In this document: positions 19,459 to 29,590 of the stretch, piece by piece
Position numbering within the stretch: position 1 is the stretch's first letter
How the letters are laid out: each line of letters starts with the position of its first letter
DNA from: Nitrosococcus oceani ATCC 19707
GTDB lineage: Bacteria > Pseudomonadota > Gammaproteobacteria > Nitrosococcales > Nitrosococcaceae
Direction of reading: 5' to 3'
Length of the DNA stretch: 32,000 nt
NCBI RefSeq assembly: GCF_000012805.1
Contig: NC_007484.1
Location: 3,449,692 to 3,481,691 of the forward strand
Position numbers and translations under genes: made by a program
The notes under the pieces: generated by a model
What the model saw: only the letters and a program-made list of their open reading frames with translations
Told to the model about the DNA's origin: nothing
Databases searched by the model: none

Positions 19459-21006
19459 TTACCACGTATTAGTGGTTTTGAAGTTCTCAATAGCGGCCCT
19501 AAGCTCTGCCGCAATCTCATCGCTATAATCGCCAGTTTTGGTAATCTTGTCCAAAAGTTCCCCGTGGCTAGACCTCATATAACCTTGTAAAGCGGATTCG
19601 AAATCTTGAATTTTATCCACTTCTACGTCATCCAAGAAGCCTTCATTAGCAGCAAATAAGGATACGGCCATTTGACCCACGCTCATTGGCGAGTATTGGA
19701 GCTGCTTCATAAGCTCCGTCACCCGTTGGCCTCGCTCAAGTTGCTTTCTCGTTGCTTCGTCGAGATCAGAAGCAAACTGGGCGAAAGCCGCAAGCTCACG
19801 ATACTGCGCGAGATCTAAGCGAACCCCCCCTCCTAATTTCTTGATGATCTTGGTCTGAGCTGCTCCTCCCACCCGTGAAACTGAAAGGCCCGCATTAATC
19901 GCTGGGCGAATACCTGCGTTAAATAAATCTGTCTCTAAAAAAATCTGGCCGTCGGTAATAGATATGACGTTAGTAGGAATAAAAGCAGAAACATCCCCAG
20001 CCTGAGTCTCAATAATAGGTAAGGCCGTCAAAGAACCCGTCTTACCTTTTACCTTCCCTTCGGTCAATTTTTCTACGTGCTCCGCATTAACCCGAGCTGA
20101 TCGCTCTAGCAGTCGAGAATGAAGGTAGAATACGTCACCTGGGAATGCCTCTCGTCCCGGCGGGCGTCGAAGCAACAGAGAAACCTGGCGGTAAGCCCAG
20201 GCCTGCTTAGTAAGATCATCGTAAATGATCAGCGCATCCTCACCTCGATCACGGAAATATTCTCCCATTGCGCAACCGGCATAGGGAGCAATAAATTGCA
20301 GCGCCGCCGACTCAGATGCGCTGGCGGCCACGACAATCGTATGCTCAAGGGCTCCGTGCTCTTCTAGTTTTCGTACTACACCTGCGACAGAAGAGGCTTT
20401 TTGGCCTATTGCCACATAAATACACTTAATTCCCGTGCCTTTTTGATTGATGATAGCATCAATGGCTACCGCCGTTTTTCCGGTTTGACGGTCTCCTATA
20501 ATTAACTCCCGCTGACCCCGACCAACTGGCACCATAGAGTCAATAGATTTCAAGCCTGTTTGCACCGGTTGTGAAACCGATTGGCGAGTAATAACGCCAG
20601 GCGCTACTTTCTCAATTGGAGAGGTTGCTTGCGCTTCGATAGGTCCGCCCCCATCAATGGGAATACCCAAAGCGTCTACAACGCGGCCTAATAATGCTTC
20701 TCCAACCGGAACCTCCAAAATACGGCCGGTACATTTGGCCCGATCTCCTTCAGAAATATGCTGATAGGGTCCGAGTATTACCGCACCAACCGAATCTCGC
20801 TCCAGATTCATCGCTAGACCGTAAGTGTTTCCGGGAAATTCAATCATTTCCCCAAACATTACATCGGCCAGCCCATGAATACGGACGATACCATCCGTCA
20901 GGCTAACTACCGTACCTTCTGTACGGGCCTCCGTATCAGCTTCAAATCCTTCAATTCGTTTTCTAATAAGCTCGCTAATTTCTGCAGCGTTGAGTTGCAG
21001 TTGCAT
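19459..21006 (-). CDS. atpA: F1 ATP synthase alpha subunit
   Basis: 515-aa ORF with Walker A GDRQTGKT and conserved alpha-subunit sequence. Confidence 0.98.
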
Positions 21007-21032
21007 GGATATATCCTCTTGTTAGGTCCGCT

Positions 21033-21569
21033 CTAATGCAGTAATGAAGCGGCCAACTGATTAAGTTTCCCGATAGCAGACCCATCAATAACTAAATCGC
21101 CAGCGCGAATAATGACGCCACCCAACAGGGATTCGTCGGTTTTACGGGAAAAGGTCACCTCACGCCCTAGTCGACGTTTGAGAGCACTCGCAATTTCATT
21201 TAATTGCTCCTCAGCTAGCGGCTTAGCCGAAATAATCTCAACTTCTAATGTTCCTTCGATCTCGGCTCGTAGCTGCTCAAACAAAGCAGCAACCTCCGGA
21301 AGAACGGACAGGCGACGATTATCAGCCAATATTTTAATAAAGTTTTTAGCAGATTCGGTTACCGTATCACCTCCGATTTCAACGAATAGCCCAATGAGCT
21401 GCTCGGAAGTGTAGCGCGGATCGTCAATCAAAATTTGCATTTCCGAATCCCTAGCCAAGTCTGCGAATACATTTAGTACCCGTGACCACTGATCATAGTT
21501 CTTTTGTGCCTGGGCTAGCTCAAATACCGCATTGGCATACGGTCGAGCAATCGTTATCTTCTCAGCCAT
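21033..21569 (-). CDS. atpH: F1 ATP synthase delta subunit
   Basis: From ATG 21569 the product starts MAEKITIARPYANAVFELA, the typical delta/OSCP N-terminus. The track's longer start (21605) would overlap atpF and adds 12 atypical residues. Confidence 0.9.
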   Translation of the reverse strand: MAEKITIARPYANAVFELAQAQKNYDQWSRVLNVFADLARDSEMQILIDDPRYTSEQLIGLFVEIGGDTVTESAKNFIKILADNRRLSVLPEVAALFEQLRAEIEGTLEVEIISAKPLAEEQLNEIASALKRRLGREVTFSRKTDESLLGGVIIRAGDLVIDGSAIGKLNQLAASLLH

Positions 21570-21591
21570 TGACTTTTTTAATTTAAGATTC

Positions 21592-22062
21592 CTAAATCTG
21601 AGCAACTAATTCTTTTACCAAGGCTTCGTTTGCCTTTTCATCAAGCTCTCGTTTGAGAATCTTGCTAGCGCCAGCGACGGCAATCGATACCACTTGGCCC
21701 CGCAGATCCTCGCGGGCACGATTCATCTCCTGCTGAATTTCAGCATTAGCTGAGACCTTTAACCGCTCCCCCTCAGCTTGGGCTGCCTCCTTAGCTTCTT
21801 CGATGATTTCACCGGCACGTTTTTGAGCCTGGGTAATAATCTCGGCAGCCTTTTCTTTGGCTTCATGCAGGGTTTCCTTGGCACGTTTTTCTGCTAATTC
21901 CCGCTCATGCTTGCCACGTTCAGCCGCAGCTAAACCGTCAGCAACCCGCTTCTTCCGTTCCTCCATCAGGTTAGTCAAAGGCCCCCAAAGAAAGCGGTTG
22001 ACGAACCAGACTAGAATCCCGAAGGCTACCATCTGGCCGATGAGTGTAACAGTTACATTCAC
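21592..22062 (-). CDS. atpF: F0 ATP synthase subunit b
   Basis: 156-aa ORF with a single N-terminal TM helix followed by a long charged coiled coil (E/K/A-rich). GTG start at 22062. Operon position fits. Confidence 0.93.
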   Translation of the reverse strand: MNVTVTLIGQMVAFGILVWFVNRFLWGPLTNLMEERKKRVADGLAAAERGKHERELAEKRAKETLHEAKEKAAEIITQAQKRAGEIIEEAKEAAQAEGERLKVSANAEIQQEMNRAREDLRGQVVSIAVAGASKILKRELDEKANEALVKELVAQI

Positions 22063-22115
22063 GGCAGCACTCCTCTACTTCTGTGGTTGTAGCTGATGTT
22101 ATCTTTAAATTAACC

Positions 22116-22400
22116 TTAGCTGCCGATTGCAGCCAGGGCAGCACCAGTAAAGGGATTAGCAAATATAAACCACATGGACATGCCCAAAACAATCATAGGA
22201 AATGCTTCCATCAAACCGCCTGTAAACAGCATCTGTCCCATTAATTGCGGACGCATCTCAGGCTGCCGGGCAATACCTTCAAGATATTTGGAACAAATAA
22301 GTCCCCACCCCAGAGCAGAACCAAGACCAGCAGCGGCAAGAATGATCCCCACACTAACAGCGGTAGAGGCATAGATAGACACAAGCAGTTCAGGATCCAT
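22116..22400 (-). CDS. atpE: F0 ATP synthase subunit c
   Basis: 94-aa two-helix hairpin. Loop motif EGIARQPE and the ion-binding carboxylate in GGLMEAFPMI are present. It is about 15 aa longer than E. coli subunit c. Confidence 0.93.
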   Translation of the reverse strand: MDPELLVSIYASTAVSVGIILAAAGLGSALGWGLICSKYLEGIARQPEMRPQLMGQMLFTGGLMEAFPMIVLGMSMWFIFANPFTGAALAAIGS

Positions 22401-22457
22401 AAAATTTCTCCTCGTAGTAACGAAAAATAAAAAATATTTAAAGAACTTTGGAGCTAA

Positions 22458-23297
<840 letters not shown>

Positions 23298-23330
23298 TTA
23301 CGAATATTCTTTCAGCTATACCTAAAAATA

Positions 23331-23702
23331 CTAATCAGGTTCTTGAATAGGTACGCGGTTAAACAGATAGCCTAATTGGGCTACGGCAAAACCAAGCAAT
23401 AATGCTAACGGATCTAGCTTTAACATTCCCATGCCAACCGCCATCAAAAGCAGGGTCAGCCCAAAGCGAATGCCTGCTCCGATGTAAAGTTCGACTAAAG
23501 CTTTTTTACCGCTAGTCTGGCTTACTCTCCACGCCATAACAGCAGTATTAATTAAAGCAATACCGCCGCCATATCCAGCTGCCAGCGCATTATCGCCTCC
23601 CTTAATGATGGCATAAGCAAACACCACAGGAAGCACTAAAATTAGCTGAACAGCTAATAGTCTGCGCAGGGTTGCGCGCAGCACCCTTGCTGCGTAGCTC
23701 AT
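23331..23702 (-). CDS. atpI: ATP synthase protein I
   Basis: 123-aa hydrophobic ORF in the first position of the atp operon, with a size and TM pattern typical of AtpI. Confidence 0.8.
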   Translation of the reverse strand: MSYAARVLRATLRRLLAVQLILVLPVVFAYAIIKGGDNALAAGYGGGIALINTAVMAWRVSQTSGKKALVELYIGAGIRFGLTLLLMAVGMGMLKLDPLALLLGFAVAQLGYLFNRVPIQEPD

Positions 23703-23945
23703 AGGGTATATCTTCTATAACCCCAGCAAGACTGAAACGTCAGCTTTCTCATCAAAGATATTTTTAGCGTTGGTTATTATTATTTTCGACGACCATTACG
23801 GGCCGTGCAGTATAAGTGAGTGGAAACTCCACGGTCAATACTGCAAACCTATCCTTACCCAGCTGATTAAGAATTTACTATAGGAGGGCTATCCTACCTT
23901 ATCTTTCCCCGTTAAAACAATCCCAAAACAAATATACTTAAAAGA

Positions 23946-24821
23946 TTATTTTATATGAGCAAGTATACCATCCAACTCATCAATGCTATGGTAATGAATT
24001 AAAAGCTTACCACTGCCACTAGCAGTATGTTGGAAGCGAACTACTGCGCCTAATCGCTCAGCTAATTCCTCTTGCAAACGGTGAATATCAGGATCAAGTG
24101 ATTCCTCTTTAGGATGCTTGGGGCGTGGGGTTTGCTGAAGGCGGCGCATGAGGCGTTCTGTTTCCCGCACCGATAGCCCTTGCTGGGCAACCATCCGTGC
24201 CGTTTTCCGCTGAGATTCTCCGCTAAGCGCTAGCAAAGCTCGTGCGTGCCCCATCTCGAGGTCACCATTTTCTACTAAGCATTTAACTTCATCTTCCAGT
24301 GCTAAAAGGCGTAACAAGTTAGATACCGCAGCGCGGGAACGGCCTACCGCCTGGGAAGCTTCCTGGTGAGTTATTCCAAATTCATCGATTAGCCGCTGCA
24401 AAGCATTGGCTTCTTCGATAGGATTGAGATCCTCTCGCTGAATGTTTTCAATCAACGCTATTGCAACAGCCGCTTGATCGGGTACATCGCGAACTACCGC
24501 TGGTATCTCATCAAGGCCCACCATCTGCGCGGCTCGCCACCGGCGTTCACCCGCAATGAGTTCAAAGGTACCGTTGCCTCCAGGGCGAACAACAATAGGC
24601 TGAACTATTCCTTGAGCACGGATAGAATCCGCCAGTTCTTCTAGCGCCGTCGGACATATTTCCATGCGCGGTTGATATTTTCCGCGCCGGATTTGATCCA
24701 AGGGAAGGCGCCGTAATTCTTCTTTAGCTTTAGCCTCACCAATATCGACGGGCAGTTCAGCAGCACTCAAACCTAGTAAAGCATCTAAACCGCGTCCTAA
24801 TCCCCGTTTCTTTACTGCCAT
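23946..24821 (-). CDS. parB: chromosome partitioning protein ParB (Spo0J)
   Basis: 291-aa ORF with KRGLGRGLDALL, the ParB box GERRWRAA and an HTH region. It lies immediately downstream of parA. Confidence 0.96.
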   Translation of the reverse strand: MAVKKRGLGRGLDALLGLSAAELPVDIGEAKAKEELRRLPLDQIRRGKYQPRMEICPTALEELADSIRAQGIVQPIVVRPGGNGTFELIAGERRWRAAQMVGLDEIPAVVRDVPDQAAVAIALIENIQREDLNPIEEANALQRLIDEFGITHQEASQAVGRSRAAVSNLLRLLALEDEVKCLVENGDLEMGHARALLALSGESQRKTARMVAQQGLSVRETERLMRRLQQTPRPKHPKEESLDPDIHRLQEELAERLGAVVRFQHTASGSGKLLIHYHSIDELDGILAHIK

Positions 24822-24828
24822 TGTGGAA

Positions 24829-25623
24829 TCACCTCACCTCCGCCTGTAAGGACTCTTCCCTTACTTCACGCATGAGCACTTCTTTTGCCAATACCAAATA
24901 AGCAACAGAGCCGCGGGAGGAGCGATCATATAGCATAACGGGTTTACCATAACTGGGTGCTTCAGCTAAGCGAACATTGCGCGGAATAATGGTGCTATAG
25001 ACTTGCTCCCCAAAATGACTCATTAGCTGGCTAGAAACCTCATTGGCAAGATTATTACGGGGATCGAACATTGTCCGAAGCAGACCAGCAATATGCAACT
25101 GAGGATTGAGCCGCTGCCGGATACCTTCAATAGTATTAAGCAAAGCTGACAAACCTTCGAGAGCATAATATTCACATTGGATGGGAATAACAACTCCATC
25201 GGCTGCGGTTAAGGCATTAATTGTCAACATATTGAGGGCGGGAGGACAATCAATAAGGATTTCGTCATAGTCGTAACGAATTTTCTGTAGGGCTATCCGC
25301 AGCCGATGTTCTCGTTTTGCTGCTGAAAGCAACTCTACCTCAGCAGCCGTCAAATCAGCGTTTGCAGGTAGGACAGTATAATTCGGCTCCCCTAGCTTAA
25401 TCAATGCGCTGCCTGGGGCAAGATCTTCTAACAATACGTCATAGGTGGTTGCTAACAAGGAGGATTTATCGATACCACTACCCGTTGTCGCATTCCCTTG
25501 GGGATCCATATCAATCAACAGCACATTACGTTTATGGGCAGCAAGAGAGGCTGCTAGATTGACACTGGTGGTCGTTTTTCCCACCCCCCCCTTTTGATTG
25601 GTAATAGCAATTATATGGCCCAT
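24829..25623 (-). CDS. parA: chromosome partitioning ATPase ParA (Soj)
   Basis: 264-aa ORF. Deviant Walker A NQKGGVGKTTT and MDPQGNAT motifs. Synteny is rsmG-parA-parB. Confidence 0.96.
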   Translation of the reverse strand: MGHIIAITNQKGGVGKTTTSVNLAASLAAHKRNVLLIDMDPQGNATTGSGIDKSSLLATTYDVLLEDLAPGSALIKLGEPNYTVLPANADLTAAEVELLSAAKREHRLRIALQKIRYDYDEILIDCPPALNMLTINALTAADGVVIPIQCEYYALEGLSALLNTIEGIRQRLNPQLHIAGLLRTMFDPRNNLANEVSSQLMSHFGEQVYSTIIPRNVRLAEAPSYGKPVMLYDRSSRGSVAYLVLAKEVLMREVREESLQAEVR

Positions 25624-25624
25624 C

Positions 25625-26269
25625 TCAATGATCTCCTGCCCTGCGCGGTCTTAATTTCACTAAATGGCGCTGAGCATTAATCTCCGGTACTGACAAGGAG
25701 CATGCTTTTACAATTTCAAAGGATGCAGGCAAAGCTTCAAGCTCATCTTGGGGGAATCTTCCTTTCATCGCAAGCAAACACCCTCTTGGTTTACACAGAT
25801 GTTCCGCCTGAGCTACAAAATCAACCAGTTTGGCAAAAGCACGGGCAATAATAGTATCAAACAAATGGGAAGGGCGATAAACCTCAACCCGCTCACTGAC
25901 TACTGAAATATTAGGCAACCCTAATTCAACGGATGCCTGAAATAGAAATCGCGTTTTTTTAGCGTTACTATCCAATAGTACAAACTCGCAGCCAGGGCGG
26001 GCTATCGCTAGAGGAATACCAGGTAAACCGGCACCGCTCCCCACATCCAGGATGCGCCTCCCTTCCAAGTAAGATTCGATACTAAGGCTGTCAAGCACGT
26101 GCTTCGAGATCATCTCCTTCGAATTTTTAATAGCTGTAAGATTATAATGCTGATTCCATTTCTCCAATAACCGAAGATAAGCTAGTAAGACCTTTACTTG
26201 GCTTTGGTCAAGCTCGACTCCTAAGAGCAGCAATCCTTTCTCAAGAATATTTTCTCCTATTGAGTCCAA
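25625..26269 (-). CDS. rsmG: 16S rRNA (guanine527-N7)-methyltransferase
   Basis: 214-aa ORF. SAM-binding motif LDVGSGAGLPGIPLAI. Position is between mnmG and parA. Apparent TTG start at 26269, with AGGAG 5 nt upstream. Confidence 0.93.
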   Translation of the reverse strand: MDSIGENILEKGLLLLGVELDQSQVKVLLAYLRLLEKWNQHYNLTAIKNSKEMISKHVLDSLSIESYLEGRRILDVGSGAGLPGIPLAIARPGCEFVLLDSNAKKTRFLFQASVELGLPNISVVSERVEVYRPSHLFDTIIARAFAKLVDFVAQAEHLCKPRGCLLAMKGRFPQDELEALPASFEIVKACSLSVPEINAQRHLVKLRPRRAGDH

Positions 26270-26320
26270 TTTACTCCTCTCTTAGAGCATTACTTGGAAC
26301 AAATATGGGGGGCAAAGGGA

Positions 26321-28210
26321 TTAAACCCCTGTCTCTTCTAAAAAGCGCGCCCGCTTCAAGTAAACTAATAAAAGTGATATAGCCGCAGGAGTGACTCCTG
26401 GTATTCGGGTCGCTTGTCCCAAGGTGGCTGGCTGTACCCGGGCAAGTTTCTCCTGAACCTCGACAGAAAGTCCCCGCACTTGATGATAATTCAAATCTAA
26501 GGGCAGGCGCAGACTTTCATGGCGTTGCTGACGAGCAATCTCCAGCTGCTGGCGTTCAATATAACCCGCATATTTAGCTTGAATAGCGATTTGCTCTGCT
26601 ACTGCGGGCTCTACTGCCATCGGCTCACCAATCAAGCGCATCAGCTTTTCATAGCTGATATGGGGCCGTCGCAACAGTTCAATAAGCCGGTATTCACGGC
26701 GTAAAGGTTCGCCTAATAGGGTTACTGCCTCTCCCTCTGAAACTTTATCCGGCTCGATTCGCTGTTGAACCAGCCGCTGGTTTTCTCTTTCAATTGCCTT
26801 CCATTTGGTATTAAACCGCCTCCAACGAACTTCATCCACCACCCTTAGCTCTCGCCCTATAGGAGTCAAACGCAAATCAGCATTGTCTTCCCTTAGCAAA
26901 AGACGATACTCGGCGCGGCTAGTAAACATCCGATAGGGCTCGCTAGTCCCACAGGTAATCAGATCATCGATGAGTACGCCGATATAGGCCTCATCTCTTC
27001 GTGGATACCAAGGCTCTTTCTCCTGGACCTGAAGGCCCGCATTGAGTCCTGCGATCAGCCCTTGAGCCGCCGCTTCCTCATAGCCAGTAGTTCCATTGAT
27101 TTGCCCAGCAAAATAAAGTCCTTGCAGAAAAGAAGTTTCCAAGGAAGGCTTGAGATCCCGCGGATCGAAAAAATCATACTCAATAGCATACCCTGGGCGA
27201 GTAATATGAGCTTGCTCAAAGCCTTGAATAGAGCGCACCAGGGCTACCTGGACATCAAAGGGTAAGCTGGTGGAAATTCCATTAGGATAGATCTCAAAGG
27301 TTTCCAGTCCTTCAGGCTCAATAAAAATCTGATGGGAAGCTTTATCCGAAAAGCGGACTACCTTATCTTCGATAGAAGGACAGTAACGAGGCCCAATCCC
27401 TTCGATTTCTCCACTATATATGGGAGATCGATCTAAACTAGCGCGGATAATCTCATGGGTACAGAGGTTAGTTCTAGTAATATGGCAAGATACTTGCTGC
27501 GGATGATCCTCCGCTGAACCAAGAAAAGAAAATACTGGCACCGGATCATCCCCAGGTTGCACCTCAAGCTGAGAATAATCAATGCTCCGCCCATCGATTC
27601 GGGGGGGGGTGCCAGTCTTCAAACGGGCGACCCGAAATGGGAGCTCCCGCAGTCGCGAAGATAGGATGTTGGCTGGAGGATCACCAGCCCGTCCCCCTTC
27701 ATGATTAGTGAGTCCCACATGGATGCGGCCGCCAAGAAAAGTTCCTACGGTGAGAACGACCGCTGGAGCATAAAAGGTGAGTCCTAGCTGCGTCCTTACT
27801 CCAACAACCCGTTCTCCTTTCACTACGAGATCAGTAACGGCCTGCTGAAAAAGAGATAAACAGGATTGTTGTTCCAGGGCTTTGCGTACCACAGCCTTGT
27901 ATAAGGCACGATCAGCCTGGGCCCGGGTAGCCCGGACCGCTGGACCCTTACGAGCGTTAAGCATCCGAAAATGAATTCCAGCCTGGTCTGCCGCTTGGGC
28001 CATCAACCCGCCCAAAGCATCAATCTCTTTAACTAAGTGCCCTTTACCAATACCACCAATAGCAGGATTGCAACTCATTTGGCCCAGGGTTTCGATATTG
28101 TGGGTGAGCAGCAAGGTTCGTACACCCTGCCGGGCGGCGGCCAAAGCAGCTTCAGTACCCGCATGGCCACCGCCCACAACAATAACTTCATATTGATAAA
28201 AAACACTCAT
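26321..28210 (-). CDS. mnmG: tRNA uridine-5-carboxymethylaminomethyl modification enzyme MnmG (GidA)
   Basis: 629-aa ORF. N-terminal FAD motif [14 protein letters not shown] and conserved GidA sequence throughout. Confidence 0.98.
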   Translation of the reverse strand: MSVFYQYEVIVVGGGHAGTEAALAAARQGVRTLLLTHNIETLGQMSCNPAIGGIGKGHLVKEIDALGGLMAQAADQAGIHFRMLNARKGPAVRATRAQADRALYKAVVRKALEQQSCLSLFQQAVTDLVVKGERVVGVRTQLGLTFYAPAVVLTVGTFLGGRIHVGLTNHEGGRAGDPPANILSSRLRELPFRVARLKTGTPPRIDGRSIDYSQLEVQPGDDPVPVFSFLGSAEDHPQQVSCHITRTNLCTHEIIRASLDRSPIYSGEIEGIGPRYCPSIEDKVVRFSDKASHQIFIEPEGLETFEIYPNGISTSLPFDVQVALVRSIQGFEQAHITRPGYAIEYDFFDPRDLKPSLETSFLQGLYFAGQINGTTGYEEAAAQGLIAGLNAGLQVQEKEPWYPRRDEAYIGVLIDDLITCGTSEPYRMFTSRAEYRLLLREDNADLRLTPIGRELRVVDEVRWRRFNTKWKAIERENQRLVQQRIEPDKVSEGEAVTLLGEPLRREYRLIELLRRPHISYEKLMRLIGEPMAVEPAVAEQIAIQAKYAGYIERQQLEIARQQRHESLRLPLDLNYHQVRGLSVEVQEKLARVQPATLGQATRIPGVTPAAISLLLVYLKRARFLEETGV

Positions 28211-28213
28211 GGA

Positions 28214-29590
28214 CTATTTTCCGATACAGAAAGTTGAGAATATCTCACCTAGTAAATCATCCGAGCGGTATTCACCGGTAATCTCTGCTAGGGCATTTTG
28301 GGCCTGGCGCAGCTCTTCAGCAAGTATTTCCTCGGCGCCCTTGTCCCCGAGAATTTTCCTAGCGACCACCACAGCAGCGCCGGCTCGCTGTAGAGCTTCC
28401 AAATGGCGCCGGCGAGCTGAAAAACATCCCTCGCTTTCCCTGTCAAAACCTGCGCACTCCTTGAGCCGTTGGCAGAGCAAATCCATGCCAGCACCCGTCA
28501 ATGCGGAAAGCCGCAGCGCTATTCCTTGAAGCTCCTCCCAGCGCCCAGCAGGAGCGCCGCTAAGATCAATCTTATTAAAAATAAGCGTATAGGTTACATC
28601 ATCGGGTAATTCATCAAGAATCGCTTGTTCCGCTTCCGTTAAGCCGCTTTGATCATCAGCAACGAGCAACACATGATCAGCGTGAATAAGCTCTTCACGA
28701 GTACGGCGCATTCCTTCCTGTTCGATGGTATCTTTAGAATTGTGAAGGCCCGCAGTATCAGAAAGGTGTATAGGCAGACCATCTATAGTTATATTCTCGC
28801 GCAGCAAATCTCGGGTAGTTCCTGGGACATCGGTAACGATAGCTGCTTCAAATCCTGCTAGACGATTATGCAAACTAGATTTCCCCACATTAGGCCGGCC
28901 TGCTAGCACCACCCTGACCCCTTCCCGCAGCAAAGCCCCTTGCCGGGCGCTGCGGTGAATGCTTTGTAATGTGGATTGAATCTCTTTTAAACGTTCCGCC
29001 ACCATTCCTCGTTCAATAAAATCAATATCTTCATCACTAAAATCAATATTTGCCTCTACCACGCAGCGTAATTCAGTTAGCTGCTCTCGCAAAGTCTGGA
29101 TTTGTGCTGAAAATTCACCATGGAGAGAACGTAAAGCACTACGGGCGGCCTGCTCCGAAGCGCTTTCAATAAGATCGGCGATAGCTTCAGCCTGAGCTAA
29201 ATCAATTTTATTATTAAGAAAGGCTCGCTCGCTAAATTCACCAGGGCGCGCTAATCGGACACCTAGCTGGAGGACACTGCTCAAAAGCCAGTCCATTATG
29301 GCAGGCCCCCCATGTCCTTGTAACTCTAGCACATCCTCGCCAGTAAAAGAGTGAGGACCAGGAAAATAGAGGATCAGCCCCTGATCAAGGATTTCCCCAT
29401 AACGATTGCGAAAATGGCAAAATGTAGCGTAACGGGGTGGAGGTACCCGCCCCGTTACCTGCTCAGCGATTTGGCGGCAAAACGGACCAGAAACGCGAAC
29501 GATACCCACACTACCTTGGCCTGGTGGCGTAGCTATCGCCGCGATGGTATCGCTTAGCCTTCTTGTTCGATCTGACGGGTAATGTACCAT
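28214..29590 (-). CDS. mnmE: tRNA modification GTPase MnmE (TrmE)
   Basis: 458-aa ORF with DTIAAIATPPG.G.VGIVR.SG, G-domain motifs GRPNVGKSSL and DTAG, and the C-terminal CIGK tetrapeptide. The ATG at 29590 overlaps the yidC 3' end by 37 nt, and no alternative in-frame start is visible. Confidence 0.95.
   Translation of the reverse strand: MVHYPSDRTRRLSDTIAAIATPPGQGSVGIVRVSGPFCRQIAEQVTGRVPPPRYATFCHFRNRYGEILDQGLILYFPGPHSFTGEDVLELQGHGGPAIMDWLLSSVLQLGVRLARPGEFSERAFLNNKIDLAQAEAIADLIESASEQAARSALRSLHGEFSAQIQTLREQLTELRCVVEANIDFSDEDIDFIERGMVAERLKEIQSTLQSIHRSARQGALLREGVRVVLAGRPNVGKSSLHNRLAGFEAAIVTDVPGTTRDLLRENITIDGLPIHLSDTAGLHNSKDTIEQEGMRRTREELIHADHVLLVADDQSGLTEAEQAILDELPDDVTYTLIFNKIDLSGAPAGRWEELQGIALRLSALTGAGMDLLCQRLKECAGFDRESEGCFSARRRHLEALQRAGAAVVVARKILGDKGAEEILAEELRQAQNALAEITGEYRSDDLLGEIFSTFCIGK

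Noticed and set aside
23699-23752. 17-codon upstream ORF (MRKLTFQSCWGYRRYTL) whose TGA overlaps the atpI ATG (ATGA).
   Set aside because: It has no SD and an unremarkable peptide. An ATGA overlap alone is weak evidence. It is worth a look only if ribosome profiling becomes available.
26093-26104. Perfect 12-bp palindrome AAGCACGTGCTT inside rsmG.
   Set aside because: The flanks do not match parS. Roughly eight 12-bp palindromes are expected by chance in 32 kb, and this one is within coding sequence.
28211-28213. Looked for an oriC-type intergenic region with DnaA boxes and an AT-rich DUE next to mnmG, as in enterobacteria.
   Set aside because: mnmE and mnmG are only 3 nt apart, and the rsmG-mnmG gap (26270-26320) is 51 nt with no DnaA boxes.
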